The notes under the pieces: model-generated
The model's database searches: none
What the model saw: the letters and a program-made list of their open reading frames with translations, nothing else
What the model was told of the DNA's origin: nothing
Made by a program: the position numbers and the translations under genes
Source: Octopus sinensis
Taxonomy: Eukaryota
Assembly (NCBI RefSeq): GCF_006345805.1
Contig: NC_042999.1
Span: 110,050,001 to 110,114,000, forward strand
Reading direction: 5' to 3'
Length of the DNA stretch: 64,000 nt
In this document: in pieces, positions 41,830 to 54,269 of the stretch
Numbering within the stretch: the stretch's first letter is position 1
How the letters are laid out: each line of letters opens with the position of its first letter

Positions 41830-42039
41830 TTAGCGGGGACAAGCACATGCGTACATACACACGCACAAAATCACACACACACATACCGGGCTTCTTTCAG
41901 TTTCCGTCTATCAAATCCACTCACAAGTTTTGGGGTTGGCTCGAGGCTACAGTTGAAGATACTTGCCCAAGGTGCCACGCAGAACCCGAAACCATGTGGT
42001 TAGGAAGCAAGATTCTTACCAAACAGCCACTCCTGCACC

Positions 42040-42040
<1 letters not shown>
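41830..42040 (-). mobile_element. SINE family A, head half
   Basis: gggcttctttcagtttccgtcta...acagccactcctgcacct. Confidence 0.85.
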
Positions 42041-42090
<50 letters not shown>

Positions 42091-42094
<4 letters not shown>

Positions 42095-42775
42095 ATTAGT
42101 TGAACCGAAAGTGATGAAAAGTAGGCCGAACACTTTTATTTCACAAGTTGATAGAGTAACCCTTCCCCTACAGAATAATACTATGCAACATAGCTTCCGT
42201 CACAAGCAATGCGTTTCTCCTGCCGTTGAACACAACTCTTGAATCCGCTTGAAAAATATTCAGGTGCGCTGTTGTACCTACTTTTTTCACAGCTACTCAT
42301 CTGAGTTATCAAACTGTTGTCTCCGAAGTCTGCCCTTCATTGGACCAAACAGGGGAAAATAAAATTGTAGAGTACTGCAGCTGGGCTGTGCGGTGGAAGG
42401 AGTACCAATGATCAACCCAATTTGTCGCTTACCTGATTTGTTACCAAACATGCGTGTGAGTGTACGTTGCTGCGATTGGTAGTTTTCAGATTCTTGTTCG
42501 ATCTTGTTATCCTAATGGCTTCACTAAGCTGTTTCAGTGTCCCAGTGTACCGCTCGCTGTTCCTGGTACAGCCACATTCCAGAACGGAATTCTATCATTG
42601 TCTTCTTCAAGTTGAGTGTCAAGTGCCAAGATATCTACTTTACACTCACTTTTCGATACCCAGTCCTCCAATATTTTATATAATGCATCGCAATCACCAT
42701 CCAGTTGCATAAGCTCACAGTTTGTGACTAGTTTGTCCGCACGCGTCAATTCGTTCACACGCTAGTTATTCGTGT
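42091..42775 (-). mobile_element. Mariner transposase relic, copy 1 of a tandem duplication
   Basis: Minus strand NSERYTGTLKQLSEAIR, PPHSP...LFGPMKGRLRRQQF and a C-terminus ending ..IACDGSYVA*. Confidence 0.75.
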
Positions 42776-42794
42776 GTGTGTGTTGTGTGTGTGT

Positions 42795-43474
42795 ATGTAT
42801 TAGTTGAACCGAAAGTGATGAAAAGTAGGCCGAACACTTTTATTTCACAAGTTGATAGAGTAACCCTTCCCCTACAGAATAATACTATGCAACATAGCTT
42901 CCGTCACAAGCAATGCGTTTCTCCTGCCGTTGAACACAACTCTTGAATCCGCTTGAAAAATATTCAGGTGCGCTGTTGTACCTACTTTTTTCACAGCTAC
43001 TCATCTGAGTTATCAAACTGTTGTCTCCGAAGTCTGCCCTTCATTGGACCAAACAGGGGAAAATAAAATTGTAGAGTACTGCAGCTGGGCTGTGCGGTGG
43101 AAGGAGTACCAATGATCAACCCAATTGTCGCTTACCTGATTTGTTACCAAACATGCGTGTGAGTGTACGTTGCTGCGATTGGTAGTTTTCAGATTCTTGT
43201 TCGATCTTGTTATCCTAATGGCTTCACTAAGCTGTTTCAGTGTCCCAGTGTACCGCTCGCTGTTCCTGGTACAGCCACATTCCAGAACGGAATTCTATCA
43301 TTGTCTTCTTCAAGTTGAGTGTCAAGTGCCAAGATATCTACTTTACACTCACTTTTCGATACCCAGTCCTCCAATATTTTATATAATGCATCGCAATCAC
43401 CATCCAGTTGCATAAGCTCACAGTTTGTGACTAGTTTGTCCGCACGCGTCAATTCGTTCACACGCTAGTTATTC

Positions 43475-43478
<4 letters not shown>
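42795..43478 (-). mobile_element. Mariner transposase relic, copy 2 (near identical to copy 1)
   Basis: Offset 703-704 bp; identical ORF translations at 42467/43170 and 42534/43237. Confidence 0.75.
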
Positions 43479-43509
<31 letters not shown>

Positions 43510-43555
43510 TGTGTGTGTATGTGTGTGTGTGTGCGCGCGCGCGTGTGTACGTGTG

Positions 43556-46314
43556 CTACCTGAATGACCCATAGTTACCGGGTTACTGCTGTTATTATTC
43601 TGATTAGTAAACAATAAATATAAAAATGTATTCTCATAATTATTTCAAAATATCCTATATTTCATTTTAAAAATAACATCCAAATTCTAATGGTAATAGA
43701 ATCTAGAATGGAAAGTCTGCCTATGTTGAAGCACTTCAGGGTAAACAATATTCATTGTGTAATCTCTTATTGGTGTCGGAATGAGTAAATTGTTACTGTT
43801 TCCAAGTCGTGAGCAAGCAACATAGATTTAGCCGTGGAAGAAGCATGTAGTTGAAAGATCAAATCCAACTACCTTGAGAGATTGACCCTAAGATTTTTTA
43901 ATTGAAATACCAAAACTTAGTTTGACTGGAAATTGAAGTGTCTTAAATTCAAATGGAACATTTGTAGGCATGAGAAGAATTTTTGGAATAAAGACATTTT
44001 CTCCTTTGTGACTACCAGCTATAATTGTTGCCTGTAGGACATGGGGCTTCATGGAAGTAACAATTAAGTGAGTTCCATTACACAGGTGTTATAGGTCAAG
44101 ATTCCTAAGCAACATAATGGGAGCACCGAGTTTTAGTGTCAAGTTATGCAGTGACATCCCACTGGGTTTAAATGTGTTCAGAAATTCAACAGGGTATTGA
44201 ACAATCTGATCTTGATTGACTGGTTCATGATTGAGTTTATCTACCATTTCATTAGTTGGAGCCAGTATAGGTCTTTCACATAGCCAGTTTTCATCAGTGT
44301 ATTTTGACAGATACATTAGGAAGTACTTTATCCATAAGATCCCTAAGAGAATGTATCATTTGATCGCATGTAATTTCATGTAGCTGAAATTTTGAGTTGA
44401 CTGTTAATATCCTACTACCAATCTTAAGAAACTCGTATGATCACCATATTGAAGTACTCTCATTTTGCTTGTAAGGTTAAGTTTTTTCACATGTCTCCAA
44501 AGGTACGATTTTTTTGAAACATGCATTGACCTCACCTGCTTTTGATCCTTCGGGGATAACTTACAATGTTTGACGCAAATCTCCTGCAAGAAGAACTGTT
44601 ACTCCTCCCATAAGCGTGCTATTGTTTTTATGTCTTGGAGAGTACGGTCAAGTACCTCTAGAGCTCCACGATGTGACATAGTCCACTCATCCCAAACAAT
44701 GAGGTAAGTTTGTTGGAGAACTGTTGCCATTGCAGAGTTTTTGGAAATGCTGCACATTTGAGATTCTTTCATTGCAAGGTTTAGAGGAAGCATGAACATG
44801 GAATGAGCAGTTCTTTCCCCCAATGAGGAGAGTAGCTGCAATACCAGAAGATGCAACACTAGAAGGTTAAATTTTATCTCTTCCCATTGAGGATTGCCGG
44901 TGAAAGTGACAAAAAAATCTGGTTTTCCATGTCCTGACATATGTCATAGCATCTTGTGTTCGTTCGCGCATATATCGAGGACCATCTGTGAATGATGATG
45001 GGAAGATTATATGTTACCCCATGTTTTGAATATCACACTGTCCTCAGAGTATCTTTGAGATGAACATAATTTTTTTGATTATTACGAATGTAGAGGAGAC
45101 GCTGATTCTCAACTTTAGTATGCATATCAACCAGGTATTGCTGAAATAGATCACGATATATGTGTAATTGATTTGATTGTTCTGGTCTTAACATCAGTTG
45201 GTAAGAATAGAAGTCATTTGACGACACCGTTTTGTTTATAACTGGTTCTCGTGTGGCAGGTTCAATCTGCGGAATATGAAATGATAGCCATCTTGTCCAT
45301 TCCACAAAATAAGAGGATACTGGAGAGCGTCATAAGAGGGATAAGTCTGTGAAACACGTTTAAGGTTGTTATCTCGAGCACGAACGAGAATATCACGATT
45401 TTTATGGGTATCACTTATCATAAGGAGGGTTACTTCATTAGGTGTGGGTTCAGCAAAACGGCGAAAAATGTCCTTTACTATAGTTTACTATGGACGTAAC
45501 GAACGCAGAAACACACAAGCACTCACAGACACATACACATTCATGCAACTAAGTTTTCGAATGCACAAAGAACATACACACACATACACGCACACACAAA
45601 GCTCTGCAGGAATGAGAATATCACGGGCAACATCTGCCATAAGGATGACTACTTCATTACATGTGGGCTCATTAAAACGGCGTAATATAGTTTATTATAG
45701 ACGTAACGAACAGGGAAGCACACACACACACTCACAGACAAATACACACCCATACATGTATGTATATGTGTAGATGCGTGTGTGTTTAATTGTCTCAGGC
45801 CTAACGTATAAAGATTAGTAAACATACAGTCGCACACACATACAATCTGACATACAGTCACATACATCTACTAAGACAGACACACACACACAGACATACA
45901 TTCACGCACACCTCGGGCATATCTCTGTCCCTCTCTGTGTGCGTGTCTCTCTTTTTAGATGTGTGTGTCACCACAAAAATGTATGTATGCTCATACACAC
46001 ATACACCCTCACATATACTGACTTACATGTACTTCTCGGTCATCGGCCTAAAGTACGTGTCAACTCACACACACACACACACACATGCACACATACTCAT
46101 AGACACATACACAGTAATATAGAAAATGTGACCTAGTGGTGGTGGTATAAAATGTCGTTTACGACAGTTGACTTAGAGAAAGATTATAATGTAAAATTTT
46201 TGTAATGCAAATATGCAAATGAAAATAAAGTTTATTTGGTAGCCGAAAGGTTACTGAATCTTTTGATACCCCAGACGTCAAAATCGGCAACTAACTTTTA
46301 GAATGCATAATGAA

Positions 46315-46363
<49 letters not shown>

Positions 46364-46384
46364 ACTCTGCTTTATATATATCGA
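43556..46384 (-). mobile_element. Helitron, internally deleted non-autonomous copy with Rep and PIF1 helicase fragments
   Basis: YDALQYPL, FQQYLVDM, FTDGPRYMRERTQDAM, GKPDFFVTFTGNPQW (Rep); RTAHS, LIVWDE, ERPILAPTN, YPVEFLN, GAPIMLLRNL (PIF1); 5' A|TCgATATATATAAAG at 46384; 3' accc..gggt hairpin followed by a degenerate CTAG (GTAG) at 43556. Confidence 0.95.
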
Positions 46385-46394
46385 TATAAGTGTG

Positions 46395-46617
46395 TGTGTT
46401 TGTTTTTGTCCCTGGCCCTCACGCCTCGCCACCGCTTGACAACCAGTGTTGGTGTGCTTATGTCCGTTCCCATAAAATAGCAGTTCGTCCTAAGAGACCG
46501 ATAGAATAATTACTAAGCTTAAAAAAAAGTACTGGGGGTCGATTCTTTCGACTAAAATTCTTGAAATGCTGCCTGGGCATGGCTGCAGTCTAGTGACTGA
46601 AACAAGTAAGAGATAAA
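46395..46617 (+). mobile_element. SINE family A, tail half only
   Basis: ccaccgcttgacaaccagtgttgg...agaccgatagaataa...gtgactgaaacaagtaa. Confidence 0.85.
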
Positions 46618-47117
46618 AAAAATATGTATACGGCTGTGTACGTGTGTGTGTGTGTACACACACACACACACACACACACACCACACACACACACACACAT
46701 ATATCTACTGAACAGCAACACAGTCACTCTCTGTAAACATAAAACCTTTAAAATGCTGGATTTTTTAAACCTATAATTTTCTCCAACGGCTGATTTAGAT
46801 ATCTACCTTCTGCCTCCCACAATTACGCCTCGGCATAATAAACAACCTTCTTCCCCACCTCCTATTACATTCACTCCACCATTTCAATGTAAAGAGCCTC
46901 CATTATTCATATGTTCATATTTTACCATTTTTATTATGTATTTTTGTATTTGTATAAGTATTTTTAAAATATTATTTAGAGTTTTCTCCTTTGCTATCAT
47001 TTATTAACTCTAAATTTTTTAAGACATGATATTTTTTTTTTTTTTGACAGCAAATAGAAAGCTTGAAAATTTCTGAAATATTCACATCTATCAGAAAAGA
47101 GTTGTGAATACTCTTAC

Positions 47118-47143
47118 CTGTACGGACTTAGATCGTCCTTCAT
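47118..47143 (-). CDS. Candidate short alternative first coding exon MKDDLSPY(R), phase 2
   Basis: aaat ATG AAG GAC GAT CTA AGT CCG TAC AG|GTAAGA. Confidence 0.35.
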
Positions 47144-47959
47144 ATTTCTATCCACTAAAATTTGCTTAAGTATCCTTAGATGTATATGTGGTAGAGAACA
47201 TGTTTTGTGTATGATGTACATTTGCTTCCGTCTGCATACACCTGTAGTTATATAACTATGTGTTCTTGAGTATATATTTATCTCTACACATACATGTAGT
47301 TTGGGTGTCATATACCATATGTATCATTCGACACTAGACACCCCTACCTACATATGGTTTTATGGATATCAGTACACTTTAATTCATTTTAAATCCTTTA
47401 TATACATATGAAAATTTGCGTCAAGGAATGTGCATCTGTGTGTGTGTGTGTACGCATTGTTGCTGTATGTACCCTTTCATTGATGCATTTAAAGATATTT
47501 ATACGTATGAGCGTGTAAGTGTATTTATCTATAGATATATAATATAAATTTACATATACAGATATTCGACCCTAAACGTATCATTTTTGCTTATGTATGA
47601 GCATGTGTATATGTGTATACTTTTGTATAGAATTCATGTATGTATACACATGTGTATGTCTCCCCCTCTCTCATATATGTGTGTGTGTATACATACGCAC
47701 ACATGCACACACACATATGTATGTGTGTACATATATATATATATGTATATGAGCTTATTTGTTCGGTTCTGTATATATATTATCTAGTTCATATTTTATA
47801 CGTTTGCGATAGTGGAATCTGTATACAAGGTTACGTGGTTACATTCTTCTTTCGACATGTATATATCATATGTATATGGTGATCATATATTTACATTTAC
47901 ACACACCCACATGTCTGTGTGGGTGTGTTTGTACACACATATATATCTTCTAATGTAAT

Positions 47960-49230
47960 AAAAACCAAATGTATTTTAGTAAAATTTCTGAAAATGTTCA
48001 CAATAAGCTTTCTATGAATTCGTCTTCAGCTTCTATGAATACTTCAATGCGGGATCGGAATCGTCAACACGCCTACACTAACTGGTCTGTATCCATTTCA
48101 AACAGCACCTGGATCAATGGTTCTCAACTGGGGTCCATGTGGCCCTTGAAGGTCCATTTAAGATTTTTGAGGGTCGATGCAACAAAAGAGTAACATGGTG
48201 ATCCACAATAGAATTTTGAGGGCTCCTGACAAAATTTTGCTTTAGGCGCAGGTTTTGGTATGTATTGGGAGAAACAGCTAAGATTCTTTCTCTAACATTT
48301 TACATAGTTCAACCTAAACAAGTTAATGTGAGAAAAACAAAATAGGAATTTTGAAAGGAGATTCTATAAAACCAATTTTAATACATCGAATGGCTTTAGG
48401 GGTCCTCCAAAACAAAATAGTAAGCAAGGGGATCTATAGTTAGAAAATGGTTGAGAATCCCTGACCTGGACAATGGCAGCCTTCAATGAAGTTATTGTAT
48501 TGTGAGGATGTCGATTAGTCTCTCTTTCAAAAGCGCACCGAACGCAGTATTCAATGGGATTTAGATCTGGCATTTTGTGATGATTGTCTAGCATTCATTC
48601 TTGAATTACGCGGGCTTTGTGAGAAGGTGCTGTACCTTGTTGAAATTCGTGTGGTTTTCTAATGGTCTTCACTCCAGCATTTTAATGTATTCAGTAGTAT
48701 TAATTGTGAGACCCTGCGGAAACTTGACATGTCATACCATTCATTACTCATCTCTATGAAAACCAGCACTTTTGCGGGAAACTTTGTGTGAATCACTCTG
48801 GGGACATCAGAAGGATCTGCACATAACTATCTGTTATTTCTCCTGTTAGACTTTCGGTCTTAGTTAAGGTTTTTCTCATCAGAGCAGAACCAAAGCATGC
48901 CATGTTCGTTGGGGGTTTTAATGTTTTTAAGTAAATGCATGGTACGGATGAAACGGTTTTCATGTGTATTTGTAGATATGAATTGATCTCTCCTTGGTAG
49001 ATTCGACTTGGATCGAATGTCTTTGTGCCACAGCTCTGATAGACCACTCCGATACCTTGAAGTTCTTTGGCGATGACTCAGTTATTTTCAGGAATCACTA
49101 ATCGATGATGCTTTGATCCCATTGTATGAATTACAGTTCTCTTATAATGTCCAAATATGTAGAATGCTTTTTTCTCTGTGATACAGTTGAAATATTCCCG
49201 TAAGAGGTTTCCAATTCCATTGGAACTTAG
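47960..49230 (-). mobile_element. Tc1/mariner (maT/DD37D-like) transposase relic interrupted by a MITE
   Basis: WFCSDEKNLN..NRRNNR.LCADPSDVPRVIHTKFP, QQGTAPSHKAR, PDLNPIEY, ERETNRHPHNTITSLKAAI and RFRSRIEVFIEAEDEFIE. Confidence 0.85.
48115..48463. mobile_element. hAT (Charlie-like) MITE, 349 bp
   Basis: TIRs caatggttctcaac / gttgagaatccctg; 8 bp TSD acctggat / acctggac; removing it restores AAIVQV|LFEMD in the host transposase. Confidence 0.9.
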
Positions 49231-49254
49231 TGTACAAAAAAACCATGCTTGACA

Positions 49255-50090
49255 GGTACTTATTTTATTGAACCCGAGAGGATGAAAGCCAGAGTTGACC
49301 TCGGTGAAATTTGAAAATTAGAACGAGAAGACAGACGAAATGCTTAGCAGCATTTCGACAATTGAGACAGAAAGGTAATGAGATATATGAGAAAGTAACC
49401 ATATATAAAGAATAGATTTAATCAAAAGAAAATCATCGAAGTTAACGGTCTATTGAAAAAGTGAGGGGCAAAACTATACTAAATACAATGGGAGCGTTTA
49501 TTTAAAGTGCATTTAATTGTAAAGTATTTTTAAAGTACAATGTGTGGCGTTATCCGAGAGTCTCATTATTTAAAAGAGTGATCGATTGTGGGTAAAATTA
49601 AGCGCTAAATAATGAATAAAATAATAAGCTGAAAAAAAAATTACGAATTTACAAACATTTTTTTCAAGGCAAGTAAGACTATAACATAATTATCATTATT
49701 ATACCCGAAGAGATGAAAAGCAAAGTCGACATCGGCGGGATTTGAACTCAGAACGTAAAGACGGACGAAATACTGCTAAGCATTATAGCCGGCGTGCTTA
49801 CGATTTTTTTTTTGCTATCTTCCTTAAATATCGGAAATATTAAATATTAATTACCTTTTTTGGATATTATTATTATCATCATTATTATTGTGAACTGGCA
49901 GGATCGTTAGCACGCCAAGTTAAATACTTAGCGACATTTCGTCCGAGTTTAAATTCCACCGGGGCCAACTTTGCCTTCCATCTTTTCAGGATCGATAAAA
50001 TAAATAGCAGTTGAGTACTAGGATCCATGTAATCGATTAGCCCTTTCCCTCAAAATTACAGACCTTGTGCCTATAGTAGAAAGGATTATT
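49255..50090. mobile_element. Cluster of three SINE family B copies (minus 49255-49355, minus 49700-49802, plus 49890-50090)
   Basis: gatgaaa.gc.aagt.gac..cgg..gatttgaa core, and its reverse complement. Confidence 0.75.
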
Positions 50091-50119
50091 ATTATTATCA
50101 TTATTATTATTATTATTAT

Positions 50120-50674
50120 TGAGTGAGAGAGCAGTGCATGCCATCAAAGTGACACTGGGGTAAAATATACGAAGCCCAATATACCCATCATGACTACCCG
50201 TCTGATAAAGGTACACCAGGCACATGCATCACAACCATATGTGCGCGACATGGTGATCTCATATCAAGATAAACAGCACATGACCTTGCAGGTGGGGCCC
50301 AGTTAGAATTTTCTTCAGGTTGAGTAGCCCATCCCGCTCAAAAGGTCTCTGAATAAGGGTTGTTTAAGGATGTTGAAAGAACCACCCATGTTTCCAGAGG
50401 TGAATTATTCAAACCCCAAAGAATCCCCCCCAACACATGGCCATGATGCTCCCCCATTACTTCTGCTCGTGATCAGAGATGCACATATCGTCAGCCACTA
50501 AGGGACATGCTCAACTGGTTAAGGTCAAACAACTGACAAGCAAATCTGTGGTATTGAGCAGAATATTTGCTGTAGCCCATCTTTTATACCAAGACAAAAC
50601 AATGTACATGATAACACTTCCAATCAGTTAAGATCAGAAGCCATGAGAGCCACTGCCTGGTACTGCATCAGGGC

Positions 50675-50678
<4 letters not shown>
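50120..50678. mobile_element. ~560 bp non-coding repeat inserted within a (TAA)n microsatellite
   Basis: Higher-GC block with (TTA)n directly on both flanks, no ORF; target resembles Dong/R4 microsatellite targeting (inference). Confidence 0.6.
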
Positions 50679-50732
<54 letters not shown>

Positions 50733-50779
50733 ACAGCTAAAATTAAATATCCTAATTTTATTACCGTGAAAAATCTTAA

Positions 50780-52370
50780 CATTAATACTCCAACAAAATT
50801 ATCATAGTGGTTGGTAGTATAAGAAAGATTTTTTCTAATCTTGTGGGACATCTTAAGCGTAATTTTTCAAACATATTAACAAAATTATTCACACATCACA
50901 AGATTTTTTGAATTTCCATGCAACAATGAATATCAACTACTACCGCTCGTGTATGACGAAGCGTTTCTTACTTGAGCCCAAGAAACTGTATTCAATATTT
51001 GGTCTTTTCAATTCCCAGGTTTTTACCGCCGATGATGTAGCATTAACCTTATCCTTTCCCTGAAGATGTGTAAATGGTTACGTAATCTAGACTTGAAATC
51101 AATTGCTGCAGTGCCTATATATATATATATAAAGGCTACGGTGTATTTATAAGCAATATTCTTAGACATTTATTGGTCAACAGACATTCAGTTGATCTTC
51201 AAATATACTACCGAAAGTAGTATATTTGAAGAATATATAATAGTAGTACAATTATTACTGCTGTTCCAATTACTACTACCGTAAATTAGATCATTATTGC
51301 TATCATTAAGGCAATTCACCCGGCTACTCAGAATATTTAAATTATGACTACAACTAAAGTCGTTGCTAGCCATATGATTAATACTAAACATACTGCTGGG
51401 TTAATTTTGGTTGCAGGTAACCGAACCGACGATAACAAGGAGCGTTTTGTTATCAATCGAGTCAAAGTTCGGATAGTGCACATTATTACCGACATTTTGG
51501 TTTACAGAATAATCATCACCCCCACCATACTGTACGTAACCATTATTTGTGTCATCAACAGAAGGATTTCAGTTTTAAGTAACAAAACTAGGAGTATTAT
51601 GATGTTCCAACTTATCCCCATCGCTAAAAGTATTCATTTCATTTGTGCAGGAGCAGGGTTTAAAAACAGGAATAGAAACTATAGCATTCTTAGAATGGAA
51701 CAAATTTTTCAGTTTATTATGGTCAATAGCTTCAATGTTGTCAACAAAATTAGGTGTGGTTGAATATGAAAGTTTGATAGTTTGTTTCTTATATTTTCGT
51801 ACATTTGCAAAAGGTAAAGGGAATTACGCTCTAAAGCTTTGAAAAATATTTCTGCAATTTGAGCCATTCATTTTTTTTCTGTATGAATGATCATACACAA
51901 AATTTCTCTGCAATCCAGGGTCGGGTATTCAAAGAAACCCCGATGTTCGGACTGGTATGTTTATATGTAACTGGAGGTTTATCCACTTCATGTCACATGG
52001 AATTTTCATGAGAAGACTTATTAGAATGTTTACTCAAGTCAGAAGCATGTTGGTTATGTAAAGCCTTACTTATTACATAATCTTTAGAATTATACTTTTT
52101 CCGATGAGTTTGATTTTTAGATATAGGTATACGAAAATTGCTACAAGTTGCTTTGACATTACCACACATGCTACGTATGTTACTACACGATATATCACCA
52201 CGATATTCTGCACGTATATTATCAATCAAACATCGTGCTGTTTGATTTGTCGCCAAATTTAATATCTCCATCCTACGTTAAAGTTTCTTGTTTCATTTTG
52301 TTTGGTTATTAAAAAATCTCTTCTTTCATACATTCATCGTATTTCGCCAAAATATATGTCAGAACAACAC
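50780..52370 (-). pseudogene. Decayed Asn/Ser-rich coding-like segment of unknown family
   Basis: One frame reads ~240 codons (~51900 to 51188) with only four internal stops, adjoining the 92 aa ORF 52271-51993; repeat-free; candidate acceptor tttcatcag at 52371. Confidence 0.5.
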
Positions 52371-52738
52371 CTGATGAAATGCAGTAGTTATGTAACTATA
52401 CGAATTTATGTGACGTTATATTTGAGAATAAACTGCGCTTTCGAAACGTGTGCAGTGACATTTTAAACTATCCATTTTATTTTTGTTTACGAACTGATAT
52501 ACCACATAATAATGTACCAATTATACATTAGATATATTTGGAGGCTATCCGGGATCAGTAAACAATTGTTCAACTTTGTATGGACCGTTGTACTGACTAA
52601 CTGAATTACCTGAAATGCTTTTGAAGTAATCTGTTTAGCCTAAAATGCGCATAGAGTCAATTTGCCAAAATCTATTTGATCCCCTCTATATTACGATATA
52701 TATATATGTAATAATGATGATGATGATAATAATAAAAA

Positions 52739-52816
<78 letters not shown>

Positions 52817-52978
52817 CCAAAGTAGAAAAATATTAATTTTGCATATATATGATACTTAGTGCTCCACGGCTGTTTCATTAAGGTTAACATCATTAATTAC
52901 GTAATTTTGATTAATATTCTAATTTAAATTATGTATTGCAGTTACGTAATTAAGGAATTAATGTTTGTTGCAATCATA

Positions 52979-53067
<89 letters not shown>

Positions 53068-54269
53068 GAGCTCAATTATGTGTGTGTGTGTGTGTGCATG
53101 TATACTGAGACATAAGTATTTTAATATAAATGCACATACATATGATACATTTATTTATACACACCCATACATATGTATATTTTCATAGCTATCTATATGT
53201 ATATGAGGCACTTGTTTATATACATCCATATATATACATATTTTTATCTATATATATATATATGTATATTTTATATCACACACACACAGTGGAATTTGAA
53301 TTCGAAATGTAAAAGAGCCAGAAGAAATGCTGCTAAGCATTTTGCCAGCTGGTGCCATCTTAAAAATGGAAGGATAATATGAAGATTGGCTTAATGGTTG
53401 ATGAAGAATAATATGAAGACTGACCCGTTATCTAACACATTATTAAAAGATGGAGAAAACTTATGTACAAATGTCACAACAACACCCTTTGAAAGTGTGT
53501 GTGGGTACAATGCATATATATTCCACAACAACCACATCGAAGTAATTCAATTTCTGTGTGAAAACTCAAACAGTGCAGTTCGCCTGAACAACATCTGAGA
53601 ATTCTTCAGGGCAACAGTGTGTGTCCGACATGAATATTTCCCTTTCCCCTGCAATATTCTGTATGCATTTTCCTCATTCTTGTTATCCTTTCTAAACACA
53701 TGACCCATTCTTCTCATCTCTCTGTCCTCTGCATTTAATTGTCTTCCTCTCTTTCAGCAATGCTCCACTCATCAATTGGACCATTCCCTTTTTTTCTTTT
53801 ACTTTTTCCAGCCTTTTCTAGTTCTTTGGAACTAAATTTATTGATCCATGGAAATAAAAGGTACATTGAAACTAAGAAAAGATTTTGACCCCAGAACATA
53901 AAGAACAATACCACAAAACATTCTGTCCAGAGCTCTATTAATTCTGCTAACCAACATCTGCACAATGATAATAGTAATAGATTACATTGATTTTTCATGT
54001 AAGCATTGTCTGAATAATAAGAGAAAGAAGTAGATGGAAATCAACTACATTAACATTTTTACCAGTCTGCTTTAGGGTAAATGTAGCACGAAATAGAAGT
54101 GATTAAAGTTGAAGCTAATTTCTATCACTTTATATCTCTGTCTCCCTCTCTATCTCTCTCTATTTCTCAGTGAAAATACATATATTTTATAGCATTATAG
54201 TGGCTTTTGCTGACAGCAAAGCAGTTTATGTGTGTGCACACGCATGCACACACAAACACACACACTAGG

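Noticed and set aside
50615-50678. Faint resemblance to U2 snRNA segments
   Set aside because: Only short, gapped similarity; no branch-point recognition sequence or Sm site
51344-51763. 139 aa plus-strand ORF
   Set aside because: Best explained as the antisense shadow of the minus-strand Asn/Ser-rich relic
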